Positions 18,801 through 27,459 of a DNA stretch of 64,000 nt are shown one piece after another. Made by a program: the position numbers and the translations under genes. The number at the start of each line of letters is the position of its first letter. The stretch's first letter is position 1. This DNA comes from an uncultured Gammaproteobacteria bacterium (lineage in GTDB: Bacteria > Pseudomonadota > Gammaproteobacteria > Steroidobacterales > Rariloculaceae). The DNA lies in assembly GCA_964553875.1 (NCBI GenBank), contig CAZKNH010000003.1, forward strand, positions 5,850 to 69,849. The letters run 5' to 3'. The notes under the pieces were generated by a model. It was not told the DNA's origin, did not search any database, and was given only the letters and a program-made list of their open reading frames with translations.

Positions 18801-19770
18801 CGGCGTTCGACGGCCATGCTCGGCCGTCGCGCGTGATCTCGACGTCGTTCAGCGCGATGCGCCAGCCGGACGCGATGCGCCGCCATTCGGCGGCCGCGCC
18901 GAGCCGCTCGTAGTGCCGCGCGATGCCGTCATGCCATGCGACGTCCGCGAACGACGCATCGACCATCCCGCGCACGAAGCGCCCGTCGCCCCATTCGAGC
19001 CAGACGGTCGTGTCGCCCCGGCCGCTGTCCGGGCGGATCGGCAGCTCGGGCAGCGCGGCCGCGAGCGCCGCGAGATCCGCATCGGTCACGCTGCCGAACA
19101 CGCGCCACCCGCCGCCCGGCCCGAAGTCGCCCTGGACGGCGACATCGGCGCGTGCGCCGAGCCCGTCCGGCGGGCGCGCGCGGGCTTCGAGCTCGAGCGT
19201 GCCGCCGCCGCGTTCGAGGTCGAGCGCGACGTCGCGGAACGGCCAGCGCACGCCGCGCTCCGCATCGACGTAGGTCACCCGGCTGTCACGCACCGCGACC
19301 TCGAGCTCGGGCGGCAAGAGGAGCGCAAGACCGCGCCCGCCGCCCCGCTGCGGTGCCCGCTCGAGCTCGAGGCTCCCGTCCCCGCGGCGAAGCAGCGTGA
19401 ACTCCGTGCCCTCGAACGTCACGCGTTTCGCGCGGAGCGCCCGGCTGGTGACGAGCGTCCACGCGTCGAGCACGACGGACGCGCGCCGCGCGACGAAGAA
19501 CGGTTCGGCCTCGTCCGGGGCGCGCACGCTCGCGCCGTGAAACGTGATCTCCGGGCCACGCAGCCCGAGCCGCGCATCGAGCCGCTCGAAATCGAGACCG
19601 ATGCCGAGCGACCTCGAGGCCCACCGCTCGAGCTCGGCCTGATAGCTCGGCAAGCGCGTCATTGCGATCCTGAGCGCACCGATCGCGAGCGCGACGACGA
19701 TGACGACGACCGCCGCCGACGCGAGCAGCGTGCGCACGAGACGTCGGAGGAGTGTCGGCCGCGCGCTCAC
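15892..19770 (-). CDS. yhdP: YhdP-family AsmA-like envelope protein (DUF3971 / AsmA_2)
   Basis: 1292 aa with a single N-terminal TM (LLASAAVVVIVVALAIGAL) and a long beta-rich body. The C-terminal motif is ...YRVTGSWDAP-like (ASYCVTGSWDAPAVERL). It lies downstream of rng, as yhdP does in E. coli. The GTG start overlaps the rng stop (GTGA). Confidence 0.85.
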   Translation of the reverse strand: MSARPTLLRRLVRTLLASAAVVVIVVALAIGALRIAMTRLPSYQAELERWASRSLGIGLDFERLDARLGLRGPEITFHGASVRAPDEAEPFFVARRASVVLDAWTLVTSRALRAKRVTFEGTEFTLLRRGDGSLELERAPQRGGGRGLALLLPPELEVAVRDSRVTYVDAERGVRWPFRDVALDLERGGGTLELEARARPPDGLGARADVAVQGDFGPGGGWRVFGSVTDADLAALAAALPELPIRPDSGRGDTTVWLEWGDGRFVRGMVDASFADVAWHDGIARHYERLGAAAEWRRIASGWRIALNDVEITRDGRAWPSNADTVIELELDDGGIRAVRVDSTFVRLEDLAPLTAIDADAEWARRFAELAPRGDLSMLELTATRANDGFAYALSTRFDGLGIAASGRAPGFVGLSGELRADSTSGRVAFDTHGARLDWPALFRAPIDVGELTGLIVWRTGADGVTVVSDDLVMTNADATVRSSLELTLPHDGGATLDLVSHVGAFDAVAAKRYFPVHKMPRKVVEWLDDSIQGGRVTSAELTFVGPLGAFPFDGGEGRFRVAANIEDAVLRYAREWPRAENLDGVIEFVNASFSARGAGRVLGNVGDDVRVGIADLRRPVLTLESETLGPLADVLAFLKTTPPIARQLGPGYDRVYASSGEGRVAFSLALPLNEMSAYSLDASLAIADGTLAIEGVSPAVSEIAGTIEFRDGVVTAEHIDGIFLDGPITARVSPPGLPGYRSRIDVDGEVTAGAVVGAFGVPLDGLAGGQTRWRGSVLLPSTADGAEAPPLRINVTSNLSGLALYLPEPFNKAAREPTSLELELALHASGIDVEGYVGATRRFVLSMVPGDDGFELEAAALALGGALPVARAEGGLGVYGTVPKLDFDAWAALVRPAGSATSRASLAESGLGEIFAEAELEIGDFTAFGQQIGAARLDVKRTDAEWLIDISSKPVAGSIRVPRDLRGRPSIIADLDRLYLMPRRSGGPAADEDGPGTAPGRTDPRRLLGLDLTAAEFGFGARRFGSLRADIRSDPLGLRLESFESRSAAFAVTGSGGWFSGPDGQTTRLAFNLHATDVAAALAELSLEPIASGESADITASVWWPGAPTDDWMAHLGGDLSLRLETGSLLDIDPGAGRVVGLMSITALPRRLLLDFRDVFNRGFGFDTLAGDFTIIDGNAYTDNFKVTGPVAEIGVAGRIGLRDRDYRQQAVVTTEPGKVLPTVGGLLGGPGVGAALLIFTRIFKEPLKGIGRASYCVTGSWDAPAVERLSAEQLAQGRLCADLPEAAAGG

Positions 19771-21233
19771 ATCAGCACGACGTCGAACTGGTCGGGCGCA
19801 TACATCGCTTCGCTCTGCAGCCTGATCGGCTTGCCGGTCAGTGCCTCGAGCTCGGCCACGCTCGCGGATTCCTCGTCGAGCAGCCGCTCGATCACGTCGG
19901 GTCTCGCGAGCACGAGGAGCTCCTGGAAATCGAACTGCCGGTGCTGACGCAGGATCTCGCGGAAGATCTCGTAGCAGACCGTCTCCGGCGACTTGACGAA
20001 GCCCCTGCCTTCACAGCTCGGGCACGGCTGGCAGAGCACGTGCTCCAGGCTCTCGCGGTTCCGCTTACGGGTCATCTCGACGAGGCCGAGCGGCGAGATG
20101 CTCATGATCTGCGTCTTCGCGTGGTCGTGCGCGAGCCGCGCGGTCAGCGTCTGCAGGACCTGATGCCGGTGCTCCTCCTCGGCCATGTCGATGAAGTCGA
20201 TGATGATGATTCCGCCCAAGTTCCTGAGGCGCAGCTGCCGCGCGATCACGACCGCCGCTTCGAGGTTCGTGCGGAAGATCGTTTCCTCGAGGTTGCGGTG
20301 ACCGACGTACGCGCCGGTGTTCACGTCGATCGTCGTCATCGCCTCGGTCTGATCGAAGATCACGTAGCCGCCGGACTTGAGCGGGACCTTGCGATTCAGC
20401 GCCCGGTCGATCTCGTCCTCGATGTTGTAGAGGTCGAACAGCGGCCTGTCCTCGGAGTAGAGCTCGATCTTCGGCGCGAGGTGCGGCATGAAGCGCTCGG
20501 CGAATTCCTTCATGCGCGTGAATTCCTCGGCCGAGTCGACGCGCACGCGCTCGACCTCGGGGCCGAAAAGATCGCGCAGCACTCTGAGCGGCAGCGCGAG
20601 GTCCTCGTAGACGAGCTCGCCCGGCCCCGCCTTTGCCGCCGCCTCCTCGATCGCCTCCCACAGCTTCTGCAGGAACAGCATGTCGGCGCGAAGCGCCTCG
20701 AGCGACGCACCCTCCGCCGCGGTGCGGACGATGTAGCCGGCCCTGGTCGGCGTCGTGATGATCGCGTCCATCAGGAAGCGCAGCCGCTCCCGCTCGGCTT
20801 CGTCCTCGATCCTCGCCGAGATGCCGATGCCGCTGCCCTTCGGCAGCATCACGAGGTAACGCGACGGAATCGTGATGTGCGTCGTGAGCCGCGCGCCCTT
20901 CGTGCCGAGCGGATCCTTCAGCACCTGCACGAGCAGCTGCCCGCCCTCCGTCACGAGGTCGCGGATGTTCAACTCGCCGTTGCGTGCGCCGAGCGCGGTC
21001 GCGGATTCGTTCACGATGTCGGAGGCGTGCAGGAACGCCGTGCGCTCGAGCCCGATGTCGATGAACGCGGCCTGCATGCCGGGCAGCACGCGTGACACCC
21101 GGCCTTTGTAGATGTTGCTGATCAGCCCGCGACGGCTTGCGCGCTCGATGACGATCTCCTGCAGCATGCCGTTCTCGACGAGCGCCGCCCGGACTTCGCG
21201 CGGCGTGACGTTGACGAGAATCTCCTGCTTCAC
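19767..21233 (-). CDS. rng: Ribonuclease G
   Basis: EILVNVTPREVRAALVENG...NIYKGRVSRVLPGMQAAFIDIG...DQTEAMTTIDVNTG...LRNLGGIIIIDFIDM is collinear with E. coli RNase G. The start was set at GTG 21233, which overlaps the maf stop (GTGA). The track start at 21302 adds 23 non-homologous residues. Confidence 0.9.
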   Translation of the reverse strand: MKQEILVNVTPREVRAALVENGMLQEIVIERASRRGLISNIYKGRVSRVLPGMQAAFIDIGLERTAFLHASDIVNESATALGARNGELNIRDLVTEGGQLLVQVLKDPLGTKGARLTTHITIPSRYLVMLPKGSGIGISARIEDEAERERLRFLMDAIITTPTRAGYIVRTAAEGASLEALRADMLFLQKLWEAIEEAAAKAGPGELVYEDLALPLRVLRDLFGPEVERVRVDSAEEFTRMKEFAERFMPHLAPKIELYSEDRPLFDLYNIEDEIDRALNRKVPLKSGGYVIFDQTEAMTTIDVNTGAYVGHRNLEETIFRTNLEAAVVIARQLRLRNLGGIIIIDFIDMAEEEHRHQVLQTLTARLAHDHAKTQIMSISPLGLVEMTRKRNRESLEHVLCQPCPSCEGRGFVKSPETVCYEIFREILRQHRQFDFQELLVLARPDVIERLLDEESASVAELEALTGKPIRLQSEAMYAPDQFDVVLM

Positions 21234-21835
21234 GTTCGCGCCTGGCCCTTCGACCACCAGACGGGCACTCCGGCCCGCGCGAGGAGGAGCGCCGTCTCGC
21301 AAAGCGGCAGACCCATCACGCCCGAGTAGCTCCCCGAAAGATGCTCGACGAAGATCGCGCCGAACCCCTGGATGCCGTAGCCGCCGGCCTTGTCGAACGG
21401 CTCGCCCGTCGCACAGTACGCCCGCCGCTCGGCGTCGGTCGTCGTCCGAAATCTCACTTCGCTCACGCTGACGACGCTCGAGATGCCGGCCTCGACGCGC
21501 AGCGCGACCGCGGTCAGCACGCGGTGCGTGCGGCCGGACAGCGCCTCGAGCATCGCGAGCGCTTCGTCCGGGGCCTGCGGCTTACCGAGGACCCGCCCGT
21601 CGAGCACGACCGTCGTGTCGGCGGCGAGAACCGGCCGGCGCGCTCCCGACGTCTCGGCCCAGACTGCCTCCGCCTTCGCCTCGGCGATGCGACGCACGTA
21701 CGCGTCGGGCGGCTCGCCTTCTTCCGGCGTCTCGTCCACGTCGGGCACGCGCACGTCGAACTCGACGCCGATCTGCGTAAGCAGCGCCCGCCGCCGCGGG
21801 GAGGCCGAGGCAAGGTAGAGGAAATCGTCGCGCAT
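21230..21835 (-). CDS. maf: Maf-like nucleoside triphosphate pyrophosphatase (YhdE type)
   Basis: LYLASASPRRRALLTQIG...ADTTVVLDGRVLGKP...AGGYGIQG. Confidence 0.9.
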   Translation of the reverse strand: MRDDFLYLASASPRRRALLTQIGVEFDVRVPDVDETPEEGEPPDAYVRRIAEAKAEAVWAETSGARRPVLAADTTVVLDGRVLGKPQAPDEALAMLEALSGRTHRVLTAVALRVEAGISSVVSVSEVRFRTTTDAERRAYCATGEPFDKAGGYGIQGFGAIFVEHLSGSYSGVMGLPLCETALLLARAGVPVWWSKGQART

Positions 21836-21927
21836 TCAAGCCACTATACGAATTGACCGGCGCCCGGCATAGTCCGGTCCAAAGAAAAGTGCGCGTGCGG
21901 CAACGCAACCGTTGCCGAACTCGCGCC

Positions 21928-22398
21928 TCACGCGCGGTGATACGGGTGCCCTTCGAGAACCGTGACCGCCCGATAGAGCGCTTCGGCGACGACGATCCGG
22001 ACGAGCCCGTGCGGCAGCGTCAGCCGCGAAAGCGCCCACGACGCTTCGGCCCGCTCGATGCAGCGGCGCGCGAGCCCGTCCGGGCCGCCGACGAGGAAGC
22101 ATACCGGGGCGCCGGTTTCCCGATAGCGGCGCAGCCTCTCCGCGAGCTCGACGGTGCTCCAGAGCTCCCCGCGCTCGTCGAGCGCGACGACGCGCGCGTC
22201 ACGGGGAACGGCCGCGAGCAGCCGATCGCCTTCCTGCTCGATGGCCTTCTCGACCGGGACGGACGGCGTCCGCCGCGCGAGCGGCAGCTCGACGAGCTCG
22301 AGCTTGAGCGGCGCGCGGAACCGTTTTGCGTACTCGAGCCAGCCGTCGTCGACCCAGCGCGGCTGGCGGCTCGAGACGGTCAGAACGACGAGCCTCAT
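21928..22398 (-). CDS. rlmH: 23S rRNA (pseudouridine1915-N3)-methyltransferase
   Basis: 156 aa. MRLVVLTVS...YAKR...VALDERG...FLVGGPDGL...LSRLTLPHGLVRIVVAEALYRA. Confidence 0.9.
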   Translation of the reverse strand: MRLVVLTVSSRQPRWVDDGWLEYAKRFRAPLKLELVELPLARRTPSVPVEKAIEQEGDRLLAAVPRDARVVALDERGELWSTVELAERLRRYRETGAPVCFLVGGPDGLARRCIERAEASWALSRLTLPHGLVRIVVAEALYRAVTVLEGHPYHRA

Positions 22399-22487
22399 CG
22401 GAGCCTGCTCGAGCGCCCACGCATACGCGCCCGCCGCGGTGAGCGAGCCGCGTTCACGTGCTGCGCTTGCGCGTCAGCCGGCGCCGC

Positions 22488-22862
22488 TCACGCGAGCCCG
22501 GCGCTTTCGTCGCGGGCCGAGATGTCCCACAGATTCTCGATGTTGTAGAACTCGCGGACGCGCGGCAGCATCACGTGAACGATCGCATCCGCGAGGTCGA
22601 CGAGCACCCACTCGCCGGCCTCCTGCCCCTCCACACCGAGCGGCTCGATGCCGGCCTCCTCGCAACGCTCGAGCAGGGCGTCGGCGATCGCGCGCACGTG
22701 CCGGTCCGAGCGGCCGCTCGCGATGATCATGTGGTCCGTCACGGTCGTGAGGTGCCTGACGTCCAGGTCCGTGACGCGCTCGGCCTTCATGTCGTCGAGC
22801 GTGTCGAGGATCAACCGGACGAGCCTGTCATCCCTCTCCGTCTTCCGTTTCCTTTTCGGCAT
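22488..22862 (-). CDS. rsfS: Ribosome silencing factor RsfS (iojap)
   Basis: LDDMKAERVTDLDV...TDHMIIASGRSDRHVRAIAD...GVEGQEAGEWVLVDLADAIVHVM...YNIENLW. The annotated start overlaps the nadD 3' end by 35 nt, so the exact start is uncertain. Confidence 0.88.
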   Translation of the reverse strand: MPKRKRKTERDDRLVRLILDTLDDMKAERVTDLDVRHLTTVTDHMIIASGRSDRHVRAIADALLERCEEAGIEPLGVEGQEAGEWVLVDLADAIVHVMLPRVREFYNIENLWDISARDESAGLA

Positions 22863-23517
22863 AGCACTCCGTATCGAAGATGATGCGTCTCACCGCATCG
22901 GGGACCAGGTAGCGCGGGTCTCTGCCCGCACGAATCGCGGCCCGCAGGCCGCTCGCGGAGATGTCGAGCTGCGTCACGGGCTCGACGTGGATCCGTCCCG
23001 TGCGCGCGGCCGCGAGATCCCCCGCATCCGTCGTCCGGCGCTCGCGCACGAGCCGGCCGAGCTCGCCGTCGTCCGGCAGCCGCGCACCCGGCCGCTCCGC
23101 GACGACGACGTGCGCGAGCTCGAGAACGTCTTGCCAACGGTGCCACCCAGGCAGGCCCGCGAACGCGTCCATGCCGAGCAGCAGGCAAAGCGTCGCGTCC
23201 GGGAAGTCGAGACGGAGGCTTTCGAGCGTGTCGACGGTGTACGACGGGCCGGAGCGGTCGAGCTCGCGCCGGTCGACGACGAACCGCGGCTCGTCCGCCA
23301 CCGCGGCCTCGAGCATCGCAAGACGCAGGCCCGCCGGCGTCCGCGGGGCCGCACGATGCGGCGGACGCGCGGCAGGGATGAACCGGACCTCGCTCAAGCC
23401 CGTTCGCTCGAGCAGCTCGAGCGCGATCCGCAGGTGACCGAAGTGGACCGGATCGAACGTGCCGCCGAACACTCCGACGAGGCCGCTCGCGACCCGGTTT
23501 CGATTCTCGTGGGTCAC
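22828..23517 (-). CDS. nadD: Nicotinate-nucleotide adenylyltransferase
   Basis: VGVFGGTFDPVHFGHL...SYTVDTL...ISASGLR. Only the last 229 codons of track ORF 22828..24174 are NadD-like. The GTG at 23517 overlaps the holA stop (GTGA). Confidence 0.85.
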   Translation of the reverse strand: MTHENRNRVASGLVGVFGGTFDPVHFGHLRIALELLERTGLSEVRFIPAARPPHRAAPRTPAGLRLAMLEAAVADEPRFVVDRRELDRSGPSYTVDTLESLRLDFPDATLCLLLGMDAFAGLPGWHRWQDVLELAHVVVAERPGARLPDDGELGRLVRERRTTDAGDLAAARTGRIHVEPVTQLDISASGLRAAIRAGRDPRYLVPDAVRRIIFDTECYAEKETEDGEG

Positions 23518-24548
23518 GCGGCGCGCGGACGTGGGACGCGGTCGGGACGGAGCATGCCGAGCACGAGCCGGATCACGGCGTCCCACGGGGGGAGACCCGG
23601 CGCGCCCTTCACGACGGCGTCGAGCTCGACGGCCTCGCGGAGCAGCGCCGCGAGGCGCTCCCCGTCGTAGCGCCTGAGCGCGCGCTCGAGCAGCGCGCGA
23701 CGCTTCGGCCAGACGCGATGGCGTGCGAAGACGCCGTCGAGCCGCTGCCCGCTCGTCGCGGCGAAATTCAGGGCCGTCAGCAAGGCGAGCTCCCGTCCAA
23801 GCGCCCAGGATACCAGAACCGGTTCTACGCCCTCCGCGCGGAGCCCGTAGAGCACGCGGATCGCACGCGGCGCGTCGCCCGCGAGCACCGCGTCGGTCAG
23901 CCGGAACACGTCGAAGCGGGCGCTGTCCGCGACGGACTCGAGCACTTCGGCCTCGTCGACGGTGCCGCCCCGCGCGAGGAGCGCAAGTTTCAGGAGCTCC
24001 TGATCCGCCGCAAGCAGATGACCCTCGACGCGGTCGGCGAGGAGCTCCGCGGCGGCCGGCGTCAGCTGCACGCGGTAGCGCGCCGCGCGCTCGCGAATCC
24101 ACTGCGGGAGCTCCGCGCGCTCGATCGGACGGATCTCGACGACGACGCCGGCGTCGTCGAGCGCCTTGACCCATTGCGAGCTCGCCGCGGCGGAATCGAG
24201 CCGTGCGGCGATCGCGACGATCAAAAGCCGATCGGGATCCGGCCGCGCCGCAAGCTCGCGGAGCACGCGTGCGCCGGCATCGCCCGGGCGCGGCGTCGGC
24301 AGTCGGAGCTCGAGGATCCGGCGCGGCGAGAATAGCGACAGGTTGTCTGCACCGGTCAGCAGCTCGTCCCAGTGGAAGCTCCTGTCCGTCACGTGGAGCT
24401 CGCGCGTCTCGAAGCCGTCGCGGCGCGCCGCAGCGCGGATCGCGTCGAGCGCATCCGCGACGAGGAGCGGCTCATCGCCGGCCACGAGATAGACCGGCGC
24501 AAGCCGGCCCTCGAGATGACGCGGGAGCGAGCGAAGCTGGACCTTCAA
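23514..24548 (-). CDS. holA: DNA polymerase III delta subunit
   Basis: APVYLVAGDEPLL...LFSPRRILELRLP...ARFDVFRLTDAVLAGD...GVEPVLVSWALGRELALL is collinear with E. coli HolA. The start was tentatively placed at TTG 24548 (LKVQLRSL...). The track start at 24677 would overlap the upstream gene by ~100 nt. Confidence 0.8.
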   Translation of the reverse strand: MKVQLRSLPRHLEGRLAPVYLVAGDEPLLVADALDAIRAAARRDGFETRELHVTDRSFHWDELLTGADNLSLFSPRRILELRLPTPRPGDAGARVLRELAARPDPDRLLIVAIAARLDSAAASSQWVKALDDAGVVVEIRPIERAELPQWIRERAARYRVQLTPAAAELLADRVEGHLLAADQELLKLALLARGGTVDEAEVLESVADSARFDVFRLTDAVLAGDAPRAIRVLYGLRAEGVEPVLVSWALGRELALLTALNFAATSGQRLDGVFARHRVWPKRRALLERALRRYDGERLAALLREAVELDAVVKGAPGLPPWDAVIRLVLGMLRPDRVPRPRAA

Positions 24549-24574
24549 ATCGGAATCACCGGCGCGGGTACGCG

Positions 24575-24838
24575 CTACTCCGAAAGCTGCGACAGCTCGA
24601 TGCCCTCCTCCTCGAGGAGCACCGGGATGCCGTCGCGAACCGGATAGGCGAGCTTGCCATCGCGCGTCATCAGCCACTGCGGTGCGGGCTCGGTCACGGG
24701 ATGACCGCCGCGGTTACGGAGCTTGCGCGCCTCGATCGACGCGTTCACGCGCTCGGTGCGGTTCGCCGGCATCACTTGCAGCGGCAGCCGCGTGACCGGG
24801 CAGCAAATGATGTCGAGCAACGCGGGATCAAAGCTCAC
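24575..24838 (-). CDS. Trm112/YcaR (UPF0434) family small protein
   Basis: [15 protein letters not shown]...[23 protein letters not shown]. It is the last 87 codons of track ORF 24575..25657. The GTG at 24838 overlaps the yidD stop (GTGA). Confidence 0.7.
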   Translation of the reverse strand: MSFDPALLDIICCPVTRLPLQVMPANRTERVNASIEARKLRNRGGHPVTEPAPQWLMTRDGKLAYPVRDGIPVLLEEEGIELSQLSE

Positions 24839-25206
24839 GTCAGGGGCCTCCTCGAAGAATCGATCCGCTCGACGGGCTCCGGCACGGGATCGTACCCCGA
24901 GCCGGCCCACGGGTGACAGCGGCCGATGCGCGCGGCAGCGAGCCACCCGCCGCGCAACGGTCCGAAGCGCTCGATGGCCTCGAGCGCATAGGCGCTGCAA
25001 GTCGGGATGTAGCGGCATCGCGTCCCGAGCCACGGCGACAGCGCGACGCGGTACACGCGGATCGCGCCGATCAGAACGCGAGCGGCGAGCCGCGACGCGC
25101 CGGCCGCAGCGCGCGCGGCGACGCGCGGCGGGCCCAAGCCGGAGTGCGGTGCCGCACGTGCCACGAGGTCTTCGGTCCGCGGCGTGCTCACCGGATCCTC
25201 CGCCAA
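24835..25206 (-). CDS. yidD: Membrane protein insertion efficiency factor YidD
   Basis: [65 protein letters not shown] is the DUF37/YidD signature. The N-terminus is probably shorter than drawn, because the track start overlaps cysS by 19 nt. Confidence 0.75.
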   Translation of the reverse strand: MAEDPVSTPRTEDLVARAAPHSGLGPPRVAARAAAGASRLAARVLIGAIRVYRVALSPWLGTRCRYIPTCSAYALEAIERFGPLRGGWLAAARIGRCHPWAGSGYDPVPEPVERIDSSRRPLT

Positions 25207-26582
25207 CGCGAGCCGCCGGCGACGTCCTCGATGACGATGCCGGCACGCGCGAGCTCGTCGCGAATCGCGTCGGCCTCGGCGAACTGCCGCGCCTTGCGCA
25301 GCGCATCCCGGCGTGCGACGAGCGCCTCGATCTCGGCCTCATCGGGGCCCGCGGCCCCGCGCGCCGCGCTGCCCTCGAACCAGGCCCTCGGCGCGCGCTC
25401 GAGGAGCCCGAGGAGCGCCGCGCCCGCACGAAGCGAGCCCGCGAGCGCGCGCTTCTCGGACGCGCTCTCGGTGCGGTTCGCCGCGCGCGCGACCGCGAGC
25501 AGCTCCGCGATCGCGAGCGGCGTGTTGAGGTCGTCCTCGAGGGCGGCGACGACCGCGGCCGGCAGCTCGTCCGATGGAGCGTCGGTTGCATCCTCGTCGA
25601 AGCCGGCGTCGCGCAGCACGCCGTACATTCGATCGAGCTTCTGCGCGGATTCGGCAACGAGCTGAGGTGTCCACTCGAGCGGCTGTCGGTAGTGCGCGGA
25701 GAGGAGCGCGAGGCGCAGCACTTCGCCGTCGTGCTCGGCGAGCAGGTCGCGGACGCGCAGGATGTTGCCCGTCGACTTCGCCATCTTCTCGCTGCCCATG
25801 TTCACGAGCCCGTTGTGCAGCCAGTAACGGGCGAAGCGCGCGCCGTCGTGGACGCACGTGCTTTGGGCGATCTCGTTCTCGTGATGCGGGAACACGAGAT
25901 CCTGCCCGCCGCCGTGGATGTCGATCGTCTCGCCGAGGTGCGTCTCGGCCATCGTCGAGCACTCGATGTGCCACCCGGGGCGCCCACGGCCCCACGGGCT
26001 GTCCCAGCCGACGGTCGACGCATCCGACGGCTTCCACAGCACGAAGTCGACCGGGTCGCGCTTGTACGGCGCGACCTCGACGCGGGCGCCCGCGATCATG
26101 TCCTCGAGCGACCGCCTCGAGAGCTTCCCGTAGTCGGGGAACGTCGCGACCGAGAACAGCACGTGCCCTTCCGCCTCGTACGCATGCCCGCGCTCGATCA
26201 GGCGCTCGATGAAGCCGATGATCTCGGGGATGTGATCCGTGACCCGCGGCTCGACGTCCGGCGCGCGGACCCCGAGCGCCGCCATGTCGTCGTGGAACGC
26301 GGCGATGTAGCGCGCGGTCAGCACGCCGATCTCGACGCCTTCCTGCCGCGCGGCGGCATTGATCTTGTCGTCGACGTCCGTGAGATTCCGGGCGTACACG
26401 AGGCCGTACGAGCGGCGCAAGAGCCGCGCGAGGACGTCGAAGACGACCGCCGGGCGCGCATTGCCGATGTGCACGTAGCTGTACACCGTCGGGCCGCAGA
26501 CGTACATCGTCGTCCGGGCGGGATCGCCGGGCTCGAAGCGTTCCTTGCTGCGGGTCAACGTGTTGTGCACATGGAGCGCCAT
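25188..26582 (-). CDS. cysS: Cysteine--tRNA ligase
   Basis: 464 aa. [18 protein letters not shown] (HIGH-type), [24 protein letters not shown] (KMSKS). Confidence 0.97.
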   Translation of the reverse strand: MALHVHNTLTRSKERFEPGDPARTTMYVCGPTVYSYVHIGNARPAVVFDVLARLLRRSYGLVYARNLTDVDDKINAAARQEGVEIGVLTARYIAAFHDDMAALGVRAPDVEPRVTDHIPEIIGFIERLIERGHAYEAEGHVLFSVATFPDYGKLSRRSLEDMIAGARVEVAPYKRDPVDFVLWKPSDASTVGWDSPWGRGRPGWHIECSTMAETHLGETIDIHGGGQDLVFPHHENEIAQSTCVHDGARFARYWLHNGLVNMGSEKMAKSTGNILRVRDLLAEHDGEVLRLALLSAHYRQPLEWTPQLVAESAQKLDRMYGVLRDAGFDEDATDAPSDELPAAVVAALEDDLNTPLAIAELLAVARAANRTESASEKRALAGSLRAGAALLGLLERAPRAWFEGSAARGAAGPDEAEIEALVARRDALRKARQFAEADAIRDELARAGIVIEDVAGGSRWRRIR

Positions 26583-26732
26583 GACGGTCTTCCGCTGCTC
26601 GTTGGATGATCCTCAAGGCCGGTCGGAGCACGGTCCTGACCGCACCGGGAAGCCGTCTATGATACCAAGCGGTGCCGATGCCCGGCCGCTACGGGCTATA
26701 ATTCCTGTCTTCCCCTGAAGCATCCGGACCCA

Positions 26733-27209
26733 ATGCCCATGTCGAAGAAGTTCGCCGCCCGCGTCACCGTCGAGCAGGTCGAGGAAGGCGTCGAGCTCGC
26801 GCCGAAGTTCGACGAGCGCGGCCTGATCCCGGCCGTCACGACCGATTACAAGACCGGCGAGCTGCTGATGCACGGCTACATGAACGCCGAAGCGCTCGAG
26901 CGCACGATCGAGACCGGCGAGGCGCACTACTGGAGCCGCAGCCGCCAGGCACTGTGGCACAAGGGGGCGACGAGCGGGCTCATCCAGCGCGTCCGCGAGC
27001 TTCTGATCGACGACGATCAGGATTGCGTGTGGCTGCGCGTCGAAGTCGAGGGCGGCGCGAGCTGCCACGTCGGTTACCGCTCGTGCTTCTATCGACGCGT
27101 GCCGATCGGTCCGGCCGACGGACCCATCCGGCTCGAGTTCACGGAGCGCGAGAAGGTCTTCGACCCGAAAGAGGTCTACGGCGACGCGCCGAACCCGACC
27201 CAGCTGTAA
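26733..27209 (+). CDS. hisI: Phosphoribosyl-AMP cyclohydrolase (stand-alone HisI)
   Basis: [26 protein letters not shown]...[17 protein letters not shown]...[24 protein letters not shown]. Confidence 0.85.
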   Translation: MPMSKKFAARVTVEQVEEGVELAPKFDERGLIPAVTTDYKTGELLMHGYMNAEALERTIETGEAHYWSRSRQALWHKGATSGLIQRVRELLIDDDQDCVWLRVEVEGGASCHVGYRSCFYRRVPIGPADGPIRLEFTEREKVFDPKEVYGDAPNPTQL

Positions 27210-27211
27210 AG

Positions 27212-27443
27212 GAAATCGGGGTCAGAGCCCGTTTTCCGCGGAATCCCGGGCGGAAAATCCGGGCGAGCCGCCGGAACCCGTCTCAGCAATTTGGGGCAGA
27301 GCCTTCTTCGCTGCCCTGGGTTCTCGAGAGCAAAGGCGGCCACGATATCTCTGGCGCCAGCGTCGGCTCCGCCCCCGGCTCCAACGCCGGAAAAAACGAC
27401 TCTGAGCTCCGATCCTGTGAAAAAGGGCTCTGACCCCGATTTC
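27212..27443. repeat. 232-bp MITE/REP-like unit with perfect 19-bp terminal inverted repeats
   Basis: GAAATCGGGGTCAGAGCCC at 27212-27230 has its exact reverse complement at 27425-27443. A degenerate inner pair is present (AATTTGGGGCAGAGCC 27288-27303 and AACGACTCTGAGCTCCGAT 27395-27413). It fills the spacer between convergent hisI and the HExxH gene. I saw no target-site duplication. Confidence 0.65.
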
Positions 27444-27459
27444 ACTGCCCCTGATTTCG

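Noticed and set aside
22828-25657. Track ORFs 22828-24174 (448 aa), 23514-24677 (387 aa) and 24575-25657 (360 aa) taken at full length
   Set aside because: Their N-terminal extensions overlap the upstream genes by hundreds of nt and are Arg/Ala/Pro-rich. Homology begins only at the internal GTG/TTG starts used for nadD, holA and the Trm112-like gene.
26697-26702. Perfect TATAAT about 30 nt upstream of hisI as a promoter call
   Set aside because: There is no acceptable -35 (GCCGAT at 17-bp spacing). A single hexamer is insufficient evidence, so it is left uncalled.
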